From Nostoc sp. (GTDB lineage: Bacteria; Cyanobacteriota; Cyanobacteriia; Cyanobacteriales; Nostocaceae), in NCBI GenBank assembly GCA_036918135.1, contig JBALDB010000051.1, positions 32,001-96,000 on the forward strand: a stretch of 64,000 nt of DNA. The letters run 5' to 3'. Shown in pieces: positions 31,775 to 42,665 of the stretch. Each line of letters starts with the position of its first letter. The stretch's first letter is position 1. The notes under the pieces are model-generated. The model made no database searches and was not told the DNA's origin. It was given only the letters and a program-made list of their open reading frames with translations. Both the position numbers and the translations under genes were made by a program.

Positions 31775-31847
31775 TACTAAATCAGGTAAGTAATCGGATG
31801 CTCGTTTAAGCATCTTTGTATAGAGGTTTACAAACACTGAAAGCAAC

Positions 31848-34508
31848 ATGAGACAAAAACTAATGTATCGTCGCTCACTGGCTACGATCGCCTGGATGGG
31901 CATACTGTTGACGTTGCCTATACAAGCTGTTTATCTGAGCATTTCCCCAAAAGTTGATGCTCAAGAGTCAACTCAGAAGCGATCGCCAGAACAAATTAAA
32001 CAGTTGGCTCGCTCGATAACTGTCAAAATTTTATCTGGCGAGAACAGAGGTTCAGGTATTTTACTTAAAAAGAATAGTCAAATTTATACGGTTATTACCA
32101 ATCAACACGTTATAGAATCAGGCAAACCTGTTAAAATTCAAACAGAAGACGGAAAAATCCACTCAGGCAATTTGGTTAAAGGAGTAAACTTTCAAGGCAA
32201 GGATCTGGCTTTGTTGGAATTCCGAGCTAACGCAAACTATACTTTAGCTTCCCTGGGAAATTTATCAACGATCGCAGTTAACGAACCAATATACGCAGCA
32301 GGGTTTCCCTTTGAGGCAAATCCATCTGTATCTGGGGGGTTTGTCTTCCAAACAGGGCAAGTTTTGTTAGTGCCAGAGCGAGCTTTTAAAGAAGGATATC
32401 AAATAGGCTACAGCAACGAAATCGAAAAGGGAATGAGCGGCGGCCCGATACTGAATCGTCGCGGGCAAGTAATTGGGATCAATGGTATCCATGCCTATCC
32501 GCTTTGGGGTAACCCTTATATTTATGAAGATGGTTCCCAACCGACTGAAGCTCTACGAGATTTAATGAGCCGTTATAGTTGGGGAATTCCCATCCAAACA
32601 TTTGCTCGCTTAGCTCCTGGGTACACATCTAAAGAATCCTTACCCGCAGCCAACGCACCCTCAACCCCAAGTCTTCCGCCGATTGCCAATGAAGTCAATA
32701 ACATTGCCCAAGAAATTACGGTGCGAATAGATGTGCCAACTTTACGGGAGTGTAGCGGATCGGGAGTGATTATAGCCAAACAGGGAAATACTTACAGCGT
32801 CCTCACAGCAGAACACGTTATTCGGAGTTCTGAAAAATGCGATCGCAACGTTTTAGAGGTAATCACCCCTGATGGCAAACAATATCAAGTCACAGTAAAT
32901 AATCAGAATCTTAAAACCTTGCCAGAGACTGACTTAGCCATATTGCAGTTTACTAGCGATCGAAATTATCGCGTGGCAACTCTCGCTAATTACGACATAG
33001 TTAAAGACAATGGGTTCATTTTTGTTTCCGGGTGGCTGGGGCTAAAACCCGGAACTGGACAAACACAGCGTCAGTTTACAGCTGGGAATGTAGCATCAAA
33101 ACAAATTGGTTCTTTTTTAGCTAAAAACTCTTTGTCTTTGAGCTACGGATATGGGCTAATATACACCAATCTCACAGACCAAGGTATGAGCGGCGGCCCA
33201 GTATTAGATACTCGGGGACGCGTCATTGGGATTCATGGAAAAGCAGAAGTTGAAGAAATTACAGATAAAGCTGGTCAAAGACGTTTGATAACATTGGGTT
33301 TGAGTTGGGGCGTCCCCATCAGTAGCTTTGTCCGTTGGGCACAGTCAGTAGGTATGGCTCCGATTTTGAGAGTAGAGAATAATCCACCACCGCAACTGAC
33401 AACCCAAGAGACAAAATCAATTCTGGAAGCTTTATTTAAAGTAGAGAAACCCAAAGAGAATGCTGATGCCATTGATTTGCTAAATTATGGCTGGCAATTA
33501 GCGCGAAGTACGCCAGAAAAGCCAGTTGGTGAAAACAATGGCAACGAGGCAATCAACGCTATTGACCGAGCAATTCAACTTGAGCCTAACTTTTATCAAG
33601 CTTGGTATCTACGCGGTTTCGTGCTGTTGGCTCGTGAAGAATCTCAAGCAGCCCTGAAATACTTCGATAAAGCCACACAAATTGAGCCAAACTTTGCTCC
33701 TGCTTGGCGCTTGCGTGGTCTAGTACTGCTTAGCTTGAACCAATACCCACAAGCGTTAGAATCCTTTGACCGAGTAGCAAAACTAGACCCCGATGATGCT
33801 AGCACTCAGATATTGCGTAGTCTAATACTATTTAGTGCAAAACGTTTTCCAGAAGCACTAAAGGTATCAAACCAAGCTATAAAAAACAATCCTGGTTCAT
33901 GGGCGTATTTTGCTCGGGGTGCAGCACGTTATGGTACGGGAGACTTACAAGGAGCGATGGCTGATTTAAATGAAGCAATTCGTTTAAATCCAGAATATAT
34001 CGAAAGTGCAGCCTACTCTGTTCGGGGTGCGCTTCGCACTCAACAGGGAGACTTAAAAGGAGCGCTAGCTGACTACAGTGAAGCTGTACGTCTTGACCCT
34101 AAAGATGCTGAAGCCATAGCAAATCGTGGTGCTATTCGCTTGCTACAGCATGACTACAAAGGATCGATACTAGATTTGAACGAAGCAATTCGTCTCAAAC
34201 CCGAATATGTTGACGCGATCAAACTTCGTGCAAAAGCTCGCCTTGAGCTGAAAGACTACAAAGGGGCGATAACCGATTTTAATCAAGCAATTCGTCTCCA
34301 GCCGCAAGATACCGACGTTCTCAAAGCTCGCGGACTTATTCTGGTAGTACAGCGAGACTACAAAGCGGCAATAGCCGATTTCAATGAAGTGATTCGTCTC
34401 AAACCTGAAGATGCAGAGGCAATAAAATATCGCGATGGTGCTACTCGCCTGCTACAGTCCAAACCAGCAGAACTCCCAACACCCAATGCCCAAGGAAATA
34501 ATAAATGA
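31848..34508 (+). CDS. Protein with two trypsin-like serine protease domains and a C-terminal TPR array
   Basis: TNQHV/DLALL/GMSGGP and TAEHV/DLAIL/GMSGGP triads; repeated A.ADxNEAIRLxP TPR units. Confidence 0.92.
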   Translation: MRQKLMYRRSLATIAWMGILLTLPIQAVYLSISPKVDAQESTQKRSPEQIKQLARSITVKILSGENRGSGILLKKNSQIYTVITNQHVIESGKPVKIQTEDGKIHSGNLVKGVNFQGKDLALLEFRANANYTLASLGNLSTIAVNEPIYAAGFPFEANPSVSGGFVFQTGQVLLVPERAFKEGYQIGYSNEIEKGMSGGPILNRRGQVIGINGIHAYPLWGNPYIYEDGSQPTEALRDLMSRYSWGIPIQTFARLAPGYTSKESLPAANAPSTPSLPPIANEVNNIAQEITVRIDVPTLRECSGSGVIIAKQGNTYSVLTAEHVIRSSEKCDRNVLEVITPDGKQYQVTVNNQNLKTLPETDLAILQFTSDRNYRVATLANYDIVKDNGFIFVSGWLGLKPGTGQTQRQFTAGNVASKQIGSFLAKNSLSLSYGYGLIYTNLTDQGMSGGPVLDTRGRVIGIHGKAEVEEITDKAGQRRLITLGLSWGVPISSFVRWAQSVGMAPILRVENNPPPQLTTQETKSILEALFKVEKPKENADAIDLLNYGWQLARSTPEKPVGENNGNEAINAIDRAIQLEPNFYQAWYLRGFVLLAREESQAALKYFDKATQIEPNFAPAWRLRGLVLLSLNQYPQALESFDRVAKLDPDDASTQILRSLILFSAKRFPEALKVSNQAIKNNPGSWAYFARGAARYGTGDLQGAMADLNEAIRLNPEYIESAAYSVRGALRTQQGDLKGALADYSEAVRLDPKDAEAIANRGAIRLLQHDYKGSILDLNEAIRLKPEYVDAIKLRAKARLELKDYKGAITDFNQAIRLQPQDTDVLKARGLILVVQRDYKAAIADFNEVIRLKPEDAEAIKYRDGATRLLQSKPAELPTPNAQGNNK

Positions 34509-34750
34509 GTTTTTAGAACAAATGTACTAATAAATATGCTATAATTTGGATGCATTGATGGTGAAATCATAGTTAAAAATATGTTCTCTAGGCTTGCTTC
34601 TCTTAGTGCCAAAATTTACAAAATAAATTTAGGGCAATTGGTATGGCAACATTGACAAACAAAGCAGGTGCAAGAGATTAAAATAATTGAATCCCAAACT
34701 CGACTCGGTGCTATTAATCAACTTTGAAAGGCATTGAAGTCTATATTTCC

Positions 34751-36949
34751 ATGTCTTACGAACCCCTGCACCACAAGTATCGCCCCAAGAGTTTTGCTCA
34801 ACTAGTAGGGCAAGAGGCGATCGCCACTACCCTCACAAACGCGATCGCTACATCCAAAATTGCCCCCGCCTATTTATTCACTGGGCCTAGAGGTACGGGC
34901 AAAACTTCAAGTGCCCGAATTCTAGCTAAATCTCTTAATTGTCTTAAAAGTGACAAGCCCACCCCTAACCCCTGCGGTGTCTGTGATGTTTGCCAGGGAA
35001 TCACCAAAGGCTACTCCTTAGATGTAATTGAAATCGACGCTGCCAGCAACACTGGTGTAGATAATATCCGCGAGTTGATTGAAAAAGCTCAGTTTGCTCC
35101 TGTACAGTGTCGCTATAAGGTGTATGTGATTGATGAATGCCACATGCTCAGCAATCAGGCATTCAACGCCTTATTAAAAACACTAGAAGAACCACCGAAG
35201 CATGTAGTTTTTGTGTTGGCGACAACAGACCCACAACGAGTGTTACCAACAATTATTTCACGCTGTCAGCGGTTTGATTTTAGACGTATTCAGTTAGAGG
35301 CGATGGTTAAACATTTAAGTGAGATCGCTTCAAAAGAAAACATTCATATTTCACTCGATGCTGTAACTTTGGTAGCCCAGCTTGCTCAAGGGGGGTTGCG
35401 GGATGCCGAAAGTTTGCTCGACCAATTGGCTTTATTAGTGGGTGAAGTGACGCCAGATAAAGTTTGGGATTTGGTAGGGACAGTAAGCGAACAAGATTTA
35501 CTGGGGCTTTTAAATGCGATCGCTCAAGATAAACCAGAAGCAGTTCTCGACTGTATCCACTACATTTTAGAGCGCGGTCGAGAACCGCTAACTATTCTGC
35601 AAAATCTCGCCGCTTTTTACCGCGATTTACTGATTGCCAAAACAGCACCCAACCGCCACGATTTGGTTGCTTGTACTCAGCAAACTTGGACAGCACTGGT
35701 GGAGTTTGCCCAACACTTGCAGATGAGCATGATTTTGGCGGGACAGCAACACTTACGAACAGCTGAAGTGCAAATTAAAAACAGCACTCAGCCGCGTTTA
35801 TGGTTAGAGGTAACATTATTGGGATTGTTACCCAGTGCAACAAATATTCAGCCACAAGCCCCAAGCGTACCGCCGCGAGTTAATACACCTGCTGTATCTG
35901 CATATTCTTCAGCAGTTGCCGAAAATCATTCAGTCTCTACTGTACCTTCAGCTAATCCGCAAACAAATCACAATTGGGCAAACCATAGTTTAGCAACTGC
36001 CCAAAATCACTCCGCCAAATCATCTCCCCCAGATGAGAGGCAAACAAACCACAATTGGGCATCGCCAAACCATCATCTAGCAACAGCCCAAAATCAACTT
36101 GTCACATCATCTCCCCCAGATGAGAGGCAAACAAACCACAATTGGGCATCGTCGAAGCATCATCTAGCAGCTGCCGAAAATCACGCTATCACATCATCTC
36201 TTTCAGATAATAAGCAAACAAATCATAATTCTGCTGCTAGTTCGGTTTCATCACCAACCCCAGAACCGATACCATCTAGGAAAAGTGAACCAGTGACCTC
36301 AGAAGTTGCCAAAACACCAGAACATGACTTAACTCAAGTTTGGCAACAAGTACTTACTAACTTCCAACCAATCTCAAGGCGAGAATTGCTACGTCAAATG
36401 TGCCAACTCACCGAGTTCGATGGTGCAGTGGCTTATATTGCCATTAAACAAGCATGGTATGAAAAAGTTAAATCAGATCTACCTATAATTGTGGCGGCTT
36501 TCCAGCAGACTTTCCAACATGAAGTCAAGGTAAATCTAGAAAAAGGAACTTCATTAAACTCTACCCCAGGTAAAAAAGCTCCTGCTCCTGCACGGCAAGA
36601 TTCTACTCGCCTTCAGCAAATAACTACTCCCACTGACAACAGGCAAATTTCGCCTCCAGCGCCAGAATCGCAGCCAGTCACTCGATCGCCAGCACCAACC
36701 CCAGCAATAAAAACCGAATCATCGGTAAGGAATGGCAATGGAGTAAATGGAAATGGGGTACAAATACCTGCACCCCCAATCCAAACACCCCCGACTAATT
36801 GGGAACCGGATGAAGTGGCGATCGCAGCTCAACGCTTCGCAGAATTTTTCAACGGACAAGTTATCCGCTTTACAGATGATTCAACAGACTTTTCTGATTC
36901 CATGACTACAGGTGAATGGGTAGAAGAATCAGAAGTGGATGATGAATAA
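34751..36949 (+). CDS. dnaX: DNA polymerase III subunit gamma/tau
   Basis: KYRP..F..LVGQ, GPRGTGKTS, CGVCDVC, EIDAAS, IDECHMLS, SRCQ; ATG at 34751. Confidence 0.96.
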   Translation: MSYEPLHHKYRPKSFAQLVGQEAIATTLTNAIATSKIAPAYLFTGPRGTGKTSSARILAKSLNCLKSDKPTPNPCGVCDVCQGITKGYSLDVIEIDAASNTGVDNIRELIEKAQFAPVQCRYKVYVIDECHMLSNQAFNALLKTLEEPPKHVVFVLATTDPQRVLPTIISRCQRFDFRRIQLEAMVKHLSEIASKENIHISLDAVTLVAQLAQGGLRDAESLLDQLALLVGEVTPDKVWDLVGTVSEQDLLGLLNAIAQDKPEAVLDCIHYILERGREPLTILQNLAAFYRDLLIAKTAPNRHDLVACTQQTWTALVEFAQHLQMSMILAGQQHLRTAEVQIKNSTQPRLWLEVTLLGLLPSATNIQPQAPSVPPRVNTPAVSAYSSAVAENHSVSTVPSANPQTNHNWANHSLATAQNHSAKSSPPDERQTNHNWASPNHHLATAQNQLVTSSPPDERQTNHNWASSKHHLAAAENHAITSSLSDNKQTNHNSAASSVSSPTPEPIPSRKSEPVTSEVAKTPEHDLTQVWQQVLTNFQPISRRELLRQMCQLTEFDGAVAYIAIKQAWYEKVKSDLPIIVAAFQQTFQHEVKVNLEKGTSLNSTPGKKAPAPARQDSTRLQQITTPTDNRQISPPAPESQPVTRSPAPTPAIKTESSVRNGNGVNGNGVQIPAPPIQTPPTNWEPDEVAIAAQRFAEFFNGQVIRFTDDSTDFSDSMTTGEWVEESEVDDE
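35918..36235 (+). repeat. About four 81-87 bp coding tandem repeats in the dnaX linker
   Basis: CATCTCCCCCAGATGAGAGGCAAACAAACCACAATTGGGCATCG at 36021 and 36108 (87-bp period); QTNHN occurs four times. Confidence 0.85.
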
Positions 36950-37025
36950 ATTGGGTATTGGGGACTGGGTATTGGACATTAAGAAAACTTTTCTCTAGTC
37001 CCCAGTACCTAGTCCCCAGTCGCCT
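36950..37025. repeat. Inverted STRR heptamers between convergent dnaX and mgdA (probable bidirectional terminator)
   Basis: TGGGTAT/TGGGGAC heptamers facing AGTCCCC/AGTACCT heptamers. Confidence 0.7.
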
Positions 37026-37029
37026 GTCC

Positions 37030-38436
37030 CTAATCCTCATTCCCCGTATGCAAGGTTTTCACCCATTTCAGGCGCTTTGGTCTGACTGACATTCGGGCAG
37101 TTGTACTGCTCATGACTACTAACCAATGCAGCATGTACAAATTGCCACGGATAGTTTGTACCAGCAAAATAAAATACGTAGGTAATGAGAATTTCTGGTC
37201 TTGACGTATCCGCCTCAAGCCTGTAAACATCCCCACCATCGACATGGTAACAGACAAGCTTGTAATCGGACTTAATATCGGTGGACGATGACGAGCGATC
37301 GCCATTAATAAATCTGGTACTGTTGCTGTGGGCAAGATATACATAATCAGCACAAACATCAACAAATCCCAGCTTTTGCGCCCTCCCATCCTGTTTTTGA
37401 GAATTAAATCCCAATAATCCAAGTAGCGTTGATATCCGCCTTCTGCCCAACGATTGCGTTGATGCCAGAGCGCAACAGCATTTGTTACTCCTTCTTCTTG
37501 CACTGCTGGATGGAAAACACACTCGATATCCCATTTTTCCAAATGTAAGCGGATTGTCAAATCCAAGTCATCGGTAATGGTTTCCTCATTCCACCCACCA
37601 CAGCTTAAGAGGGCTGAACGCCTGACAAATTGACCATTGCCTCGCAGTTCACCAATTCCACCAAGACCTGTCCGCTGTTGCTGAAACCAGGTATCGAGTC
37701 CCATTTCCCCCATTTGACCCTTAGTCCAAAAATTTTGTTTGGCGTTAGCTATCGCTTTTCGCACTTGCACCGCCCCCACCTTTTCTCTTTGGAATAAAGG
37801 TATTACTTGTGATAATAAATCTGGTGTCACTTGAGCATCAGCATCAAATACAGCAATGATTTCGCCCTTTATCAACGGTAGTACCTGATTCAAGGCTCCT
37901 GACTTGCCGCCACTAGCCTCTGCTGAGCGTGTTAGTACTTTAAGTTTATCATATTTATGTTGTAATTCTGTTAATAAATGGGGTGTATTATCGGTGCTGC
38001 GATCGTCAATTATCCATAGTTCGTATTTGCCATCTGGATATTCCAGATTACAAAGATTATTGACTAATTTAGCAATTACCGCTTCTTCATTTTTCGCAGC
38101 TACTAACACAGATACATAGGGATAATCTCCCTGCATTTCTTTTGGATGACAACGGGGTTTAGTAAACACTACCACCAAAGCATGAAGGCCAAGAACGGTG
38201 GTCAATCCTAGTATGAATATAGATGCCCAAGAAACTAAATGCAGAGCGATCGTTCCACTCCAGACAATAGTCAAGACTAGAGCTGCTTTACGTCTACGAC
38301 CTTGAAACCGGGATGGTAGAGACATGTTTTCTGTCTCTAACACAGACTCCTCATCTACTGAGAGGTCAGACAATAAGGAGTTGAGTGGATCAAGCTCTTG
38401 ATAAGAATCTTCTTCGGGCCAGGAATTCGCTGGCAT
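37030..38436 (-). CDS. mgdA: Monoglucosyldiacylglycerol synthase (GT2)
   Basis: GT2 motifs GGKSGALN, DAD, TDDLD, QRNRW and LRGNGQF; N-terminus MPANSWP as recalled for the Anabaena enzyme; start taken at 38436. Confidence 0.85.
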   Translation of the reverse strand: MPANSWPEEDSYQELDPLNSLLSDLSVDEESVLETENMSLPSRFQGRRRKAALVLTIVWSGTIALHLVSWASIFILGLTTVLGLHALVVVFTKPRCHPKEMQGDYPYVSVLVAAKNEEAVIAKLVNNLCNLEYPDGKYELWIIDDRSTDNTPHLLTELQHKYDKLKVLTRSAEASGGKSGALNQVLPLIKGEIIAVFDADAQVTPDLLSQVIPLFQREKVGAVQVRKAIANAKQNFWTKGQMGEMGLDTWFQQQRTGLGGIGELRGNGQFVRRSALLSCGGWNEETITDDLDLTIRLHLEKWDIECVFHPAVQEEGVTNAVALWHQRNRWAEGGYQRYLDYWDLILKNRMGGRKSWDLLMFVLIMYILPTATVPDLLMAIARHRPPILSPITSLSVTMSMVGMFTGLRRIRQDQKFSLPTYFILLVQTIRGNLYMLHWLVVMSSTTARMSVRPKRLKWVKTLHTGNED

Positions 38437-39082
38437 AAGTTGGCTTGCTTGATTCAAAAACCACTATTTGTTCACAGTTAGTAATTTTACGGACAAATAT
38501 CCTAAATCGCTACTTTTGCCGATGTTAATCGGAATGGGCAAACTGGAATACCCACTATCCCTAAGCCAAAAGCCGCTGGGACTACTTTGTTTTTACCGCT
38601 ACTGTGCTAATTGCTTGGCATTAACCACATTTGCCACTCTGATACATATACTTGATTCCTTTGAGCGCCACTTGGGCAGGAAGCTTGTAGAGTAAGAGTT
38701 TAACCAATGTAAACTCCAGATTAGGCAAAGCGATCGCAACTGGGCAGCTTTTCCTTAGAAAAACAGCAAAAAGTGTATCCACTACTTTATAGCAGGGATT
38801 TTTAATCTATTGCCCCCAACTTTCGATAAAAGTTAACGCAGCCTTATTGTAACCGAAATTTTAATATTTCTTAGCAGTAACTTCATTTATTGGGTATAAG
38901 TCATTAGTCATTTGTCATTGGCGACTTCTCCCCATCTTGCGGTTGGTAACCAAAGTTGAACCACATCAGCTGATTTCCTACTCCCGACTCCCCGCTATAC
39001 GCTATGTGCTTTAGACGCATTTTTTGGGAATACTACTAAGAGCCTATTGCCAGTTGCCAACTAACTTGAGGAATATTTAATA

Positions 39083-39466
39083 ATGTCGTCTATTGAGCAA
39101 CTCCAACTCCAGCCTGCTACTCAACAACAAGCTAGTGTCTATTTACCTTACGTTCAGGGCGCTAAAAGGAATTTTTTACCCTATGCTATTAGTCTTTATC
39201 AAAAAGGAGTTTTGGAGGGACACCGAAAGATAGAAGCTAGTGAACATGTCCCTTTTGTTGCCTCTTGGAATGTTGCTACTCTACCTTCTGACTTAACGCG
39301 TTGCCGAGTACAGTTTGATGGCAATGCGGAACTGAGTTACGAACTGATGCTAGCCAGTTTTGAGTTTATTAATTATTTAATTGAACTTATAGAAAACTAT
39401 AAACGTTATCGTGCCACCGATTTTTCACAAGCCTTTTATCGCAAGCTGCTACGTATAGATGAATAA
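39083..39466 (+). CDS. ebsA: Type IV pilus/secretion-associated protein EbsA
   Basis: VYLPY.QG.KR..LPYAISLYQKG.LEG.RKIE...LPSDLTRCR.QFDGNAELSYE. Confidence 0.8.
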   Translation: MSSIEQLQLQPATQQQASVYLPYVQGAKRNFLPYAISLYQKGVLEGHRKIEASEHVPFVASWNVATLPSDLTRCRVQFDGNAELSYELMLASFEFINYLIELIENYKRYRATDFSQAFYRKLLRIDE

Positions 39467-39505
39467 TGTAAATCACTCAGAGTTTTACTAATTCGACATC
39501 AAAAT

Positions 39506-39535
39506 TTAGAAGGCTTTGAAAACCAGCCTTTCTAA
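39506..39535 (+). terminator. Hairpin downstream of ebsA
   Basis: TTAGAAGGCT...AGCCTTTCTAA imperfect inverted repeat. Confidence 0.5.
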
Positions 39536-39653
39536 CTAATAAGAGAATCAATAAATTAAAGCATGGATTCTGATTACTGATTCTTTAATTATTAAAGTTA
39601 AAAATTCAGAGAAATTTAAATTCCTGCTTTTTCTCTAACTTAGTGATTTCAGT

Positions 39654-39783
39654 TATATAAAACTCATATTTTATTTTTGAAAAAAACTCAGTACACTTTT
39701 TATTCTTCTTCACCGTTCCCCGTTGCCTGTTTCCTGTTGCCTTCCTATGCAAATAATTTCAGGAATCAAAGCGGATTACTATA
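39654..39783. mobile_element. TA-flanked MITE, family A copy 2
   Basis: TTTTTGAAAAAAACTCAGTAC...CAAATAATTTCAGGAATCAAAGCGGATTACTATA, closely matching 49209-49324. Confidence 0.7.
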
Positions 39784-39847
39784 TAGCATTACTATCCGCT
39801 ATATATAAATTTATGTTGTGAAGGACTTAGAATTAATTACTTGCAAA

Positions 39848-42211
39848 CTACTTTGATAAATTTAAAGGTATATATTCAATTTCTGCTGTATTAGGATTCA
39901 ATACGACTTTTACTAAATAAATATTTTCCTGTTGACGATCGCCATTTGGTTTAAAAGAAATTACTCCTGTAGCACCACTTACTTTAAAATTAGTCTCGGC
40001 GATCGCTTGTTGCAGATTTTCACGGCTAGGTGATGGTATTTTTTCTAAAGCTGCTAGTAATACACGAGTTGCATCATAAGATAATGCAGTGTGCCAATTA
40101 TCTGCTTTTCCCCAAATTTTCTCTACTTGTTTAGAAAAATTTCGATTAAGAATACTTCTGGAATGCCAAGGTATAGCTACTACTGCACCTGCTTGATTGC
40201 CTACCAATTCTTTAAGAAGCTTATTATTATCTAAACTATCCCCACCTACTATTAAATATTTGCATTTTTTGGCATATTTAATTACTTGAAGTGCGGAATC
40301 AGAGGTTAGTCCGTCAGTAGTTGTAAATAAAATGATTACATTTGCTTGCTGTTCTTTCACTTTATTTATACTAGATTCTACATTTTCATATAAAGGTATT
40401 TGTGCTACTACTTTCCCACCTAATTCAGAAAGTCTACCTTTCATTTGTGCTTGCAGAGATTCACTATAATTACTATTAGGATTAAAAAATATTGCTGCTT
40501 TTAGCTTATTTTCCTTTTTCAGGTATTTAGCTAAAGTTTGGGTAATGACACGATTACTAGGAACAACACGAAAAAAACAATTAGGATAATTTGATTGACA
40601 GGATGTAGATAGAGATTCTGATGTGGCTGTCGCAGAAATTAATAAGAGGTGACGTTCTTGATAAACTTTAATTGCTTCTAAAGTTGTATCGCTTCGGAAA
40701 TGACCAATAACAGCTAAAACATCATGTCTTTTTACTAAAGAATCTGCTATTTTTCGAGCATCTTCAGTTTGATTGTTATCAGTAGCAATCAATACTTTTA
40801 ACCCGATTTTTTTAGTTTTGTAATTTTGATTAAATTCATTTTGTGCCTGTGCTACACCACGTAATATTTCTTTACTAGAGTTGATGTTGTCATTATTATC
40901 GCCGATAGGAGCGACAACAGCGATAGTGTAGGCTTTAATTTTATTAACTTCTAAGCGGCTGTTATTAAGATAAATTAAGGTTTCTGGGTCACGGTCTTTT
41001 TGCCAAGCTTTCTCAAACCAAGTAATTGCATCTTGGTAGTGACCCATTGCGATCGCCTTTACTCCTCGTTCTTTTTCTGCTACTTTCATATTGATATTTG
41101 GTAACAGAATTTGTTCGCCACAACTAATACTGTCGTCTTCGGAAAAATACCTCAACCAAATTTTTGAACATCCATTCATTCCGTTTAAATACCAATAACT
41201 ACCACCTAACCCCAGTCCCAAGAAAATAACTGTACCAGCTAAGCGAAGTGAAATCCGTGGTAAAATAACTGGATAATTCAGGCGTCGTAAAATTACTTGA
41301 GTATTTTCCGGACGATTTTTCCAATATGGCTGCATCATTTCATCGAGCAAATCGAAAAACGGTCGCCACCTCAATTTATCTAACCAATTTCTCCAATGAT
41401 TGGAGTGAAATGAAACTTGGTTGCGCCAAATTAACTTACCTGTTTGCTTGTCTTCTTGCAGATGTAAGGGAGATTTTCCAGTTAGTAAATGTACAAAAGT
41501 TCGTCCTAAAGCAAAAAAATCTGACTGCTTTACCACTGTGCCTTTCATTTGTTCGGGTGATGAGTAACCCAGTGTACCAACGATTGTATTTTCGTTTTGT
41601 TGCTGCACATAAGTTTGTGCTAAATCGCGTACTGCTCCAAAGTCAATTAACACCAGTTGTCCATCTGGTTTTACCATAATGTTTGCTGGTTTAATATCCC
41701 GATGAAAATACCCCTGAGCGTGGACTTGCTCTAAAATATTTAGTATTTGTTTTAAATAAGCGATCGCTAGTTCTGGTGTGATAGGTTTATAATTGCGATT
41801 TTTTAACCATTGTTGTAAATTTAGACCATCAATTTTTTCCATTACCAAGCAGTATAATGGCTCTGGAGAATCTGGAAAGTTCAATTCAAAATATCCATCT
41901 GGCTCAACTTTCGGAATTCCTGAATTATTCAAGCGAATTAGCACCTCAGCTTCTCGCCTAAACAAATTGACTATTTTAGATTTTTTGTCGGTGTCGCTAA
42001 CTAAAGATAAATTCAAAACCTTGAGGACTTTTTTGATGTCGTTATCTTCTACTTCAAAAGTCCAAGAAAAGCCTCCACTACCTAATAACTTGATTACTCG
42101 ATATTTGTTTTCTAGTAACAAGTTTGCCCCACAGTTACGACAAAAAATGTTACCATTGGCATTCATTAAATCAGCAGGATTCGGACACTTGGGATTGAGG
42201 CAATAACTCAT
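39848..42211 (-). CDS. Ser/Thr kinase with N-terminal 4-Cys motif, TM segment and extracellular type-1 (LivJ-like) ligand-binding domain
   Basis: MSYCLNPKC...FCRNCG, GSGGF, HRDIKPAN, DFG; ILRGVAQAQ, AVIGH, FFRVVPS, SYDA, GATGVISF...GDR. Confidence 0.9.
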   Translation of the reverse strand: MSYCLNPKCPNPADLMNANGNIFCRNCGANLLLENKYRVIKLLGSGGFSWTFEVEDNDIKKVLKVLNLSLVSDTDKKSKIVNLFRREAEVLIRLNNSGIPKVEPDGYFELNFPDSPEPLYCLVMEKIDGLNLQQWLKNRNYKPITPELAIAYLKQILNILEQVHAQGYFHRDIKPANIMVKPDGQLVLIDFGAVRDLAQTYVQQQNENTIVGTLGYSSPEQMKGTVVKQSDFFALGRTFVHLLTGKSPLHLQEDKQTGKLIWRNQVSFHSNHWRNWLDKLRWRPFFDLLDEMMQPYWKNRPENTQVILRRLNYPVILPRISLRLAGTVIFLGLGLGGSYWYLNGMNGCSKIWLRYFSEDDSISCGEQILLPNINMKVAEKERGVKAIAMGHYQDAITWFEKAWQKDRDPETLIYLNNSRLEVNKIKAYTIAVVAPIGDNNDNINSSKEILRGVAQAQNEFNQNYKTKKIGLKVLIATDNNQTEDARKIADSLVKRHDVLAVIGHFRSDTTLEAIKVYQERHLLLISATATSESLSTSCQSNYPNCFFRVVPSNRVITQTLAKYLKKENKLKAAIFFNPNSNYSESLQAQMKGRLSELGGKVVAQIPLYENVESSINKVKEQQANVIILFTTTDGLTSDSALQVIKYAKKCKYLIVGGDSLDNNKLLKELVGNQAGAVVAIPWHSRSILNRNFSKQVEKIWGKADNWHTALSYDATRVLLAALEKIPSPSRENLQQAIAETNFKVSGATGVISFKPNGDRQQENIYLVKVVLNPNTAEIEYIPLNLSK

Positions 42212-42353
42212 AGAGCTAAAACTATTACTTGAAAATGGCAATATTATTAATGTTTATTTGTGCCCACCTGCTTAGTAATGTATAATAAATTTCAAGAATT
42301 CAGGGTGCTTGTCAAGCATTAAAGTACTTGCTAGCGCTGCCAAAGCATGTTGT

Positions 42354-42614
42354 ATGTCTAAATCTGCAATCACCGTTACCATCAAATTGTTCGCCGCTTA
42401 TCAAGAAGCTTTTCAGGTTTCAGAACTAGTACTGGAATTTCCCAATAGTACGCCGGTTAAGGCAGTATGCGATCGCCTCATAGCTGAACACCCCGAACTC
42501 TCTCAATGGCGTGACATCACCCGCTTCGGAATTAATCTGATATTTGTTGAACCAGATACCCTCCTACAAGATGGTGATGAAGTTGTGTTAATTCCTCCAG
42601 TTAGCGGTGGTTAA
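42354..42614 (+). CDS. moaD: Molybdopterin synthase sulfur carrier (MoaD/ThiS)
   Basis: IKLFAAY...DGDEVVLIPPVSGG C-terminal diglycine; ATG at 42354. Confidence 0.9.
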   Translation: MSKSAITVTIKLFAAYQEAFQVSELVLEFPNSTPVKAVCDRLIAEHPELSQWRDITRFGINLIFVEPDTLLQDGDEVVLIPPVSGG

Positions 42615-42665
42615 GCAAAACAGTTAGGAGTTAACTCCTAATTACTTATTATTCCTCAGTTTTTC

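Noticed and set aside
34751..36949. Intein or programmed frameshift in dnaX
   Set aside because: The IDECHMLS site is uninterrupted. An A6G run near 36573 exists, but I see no supporting signal to call a frameshift
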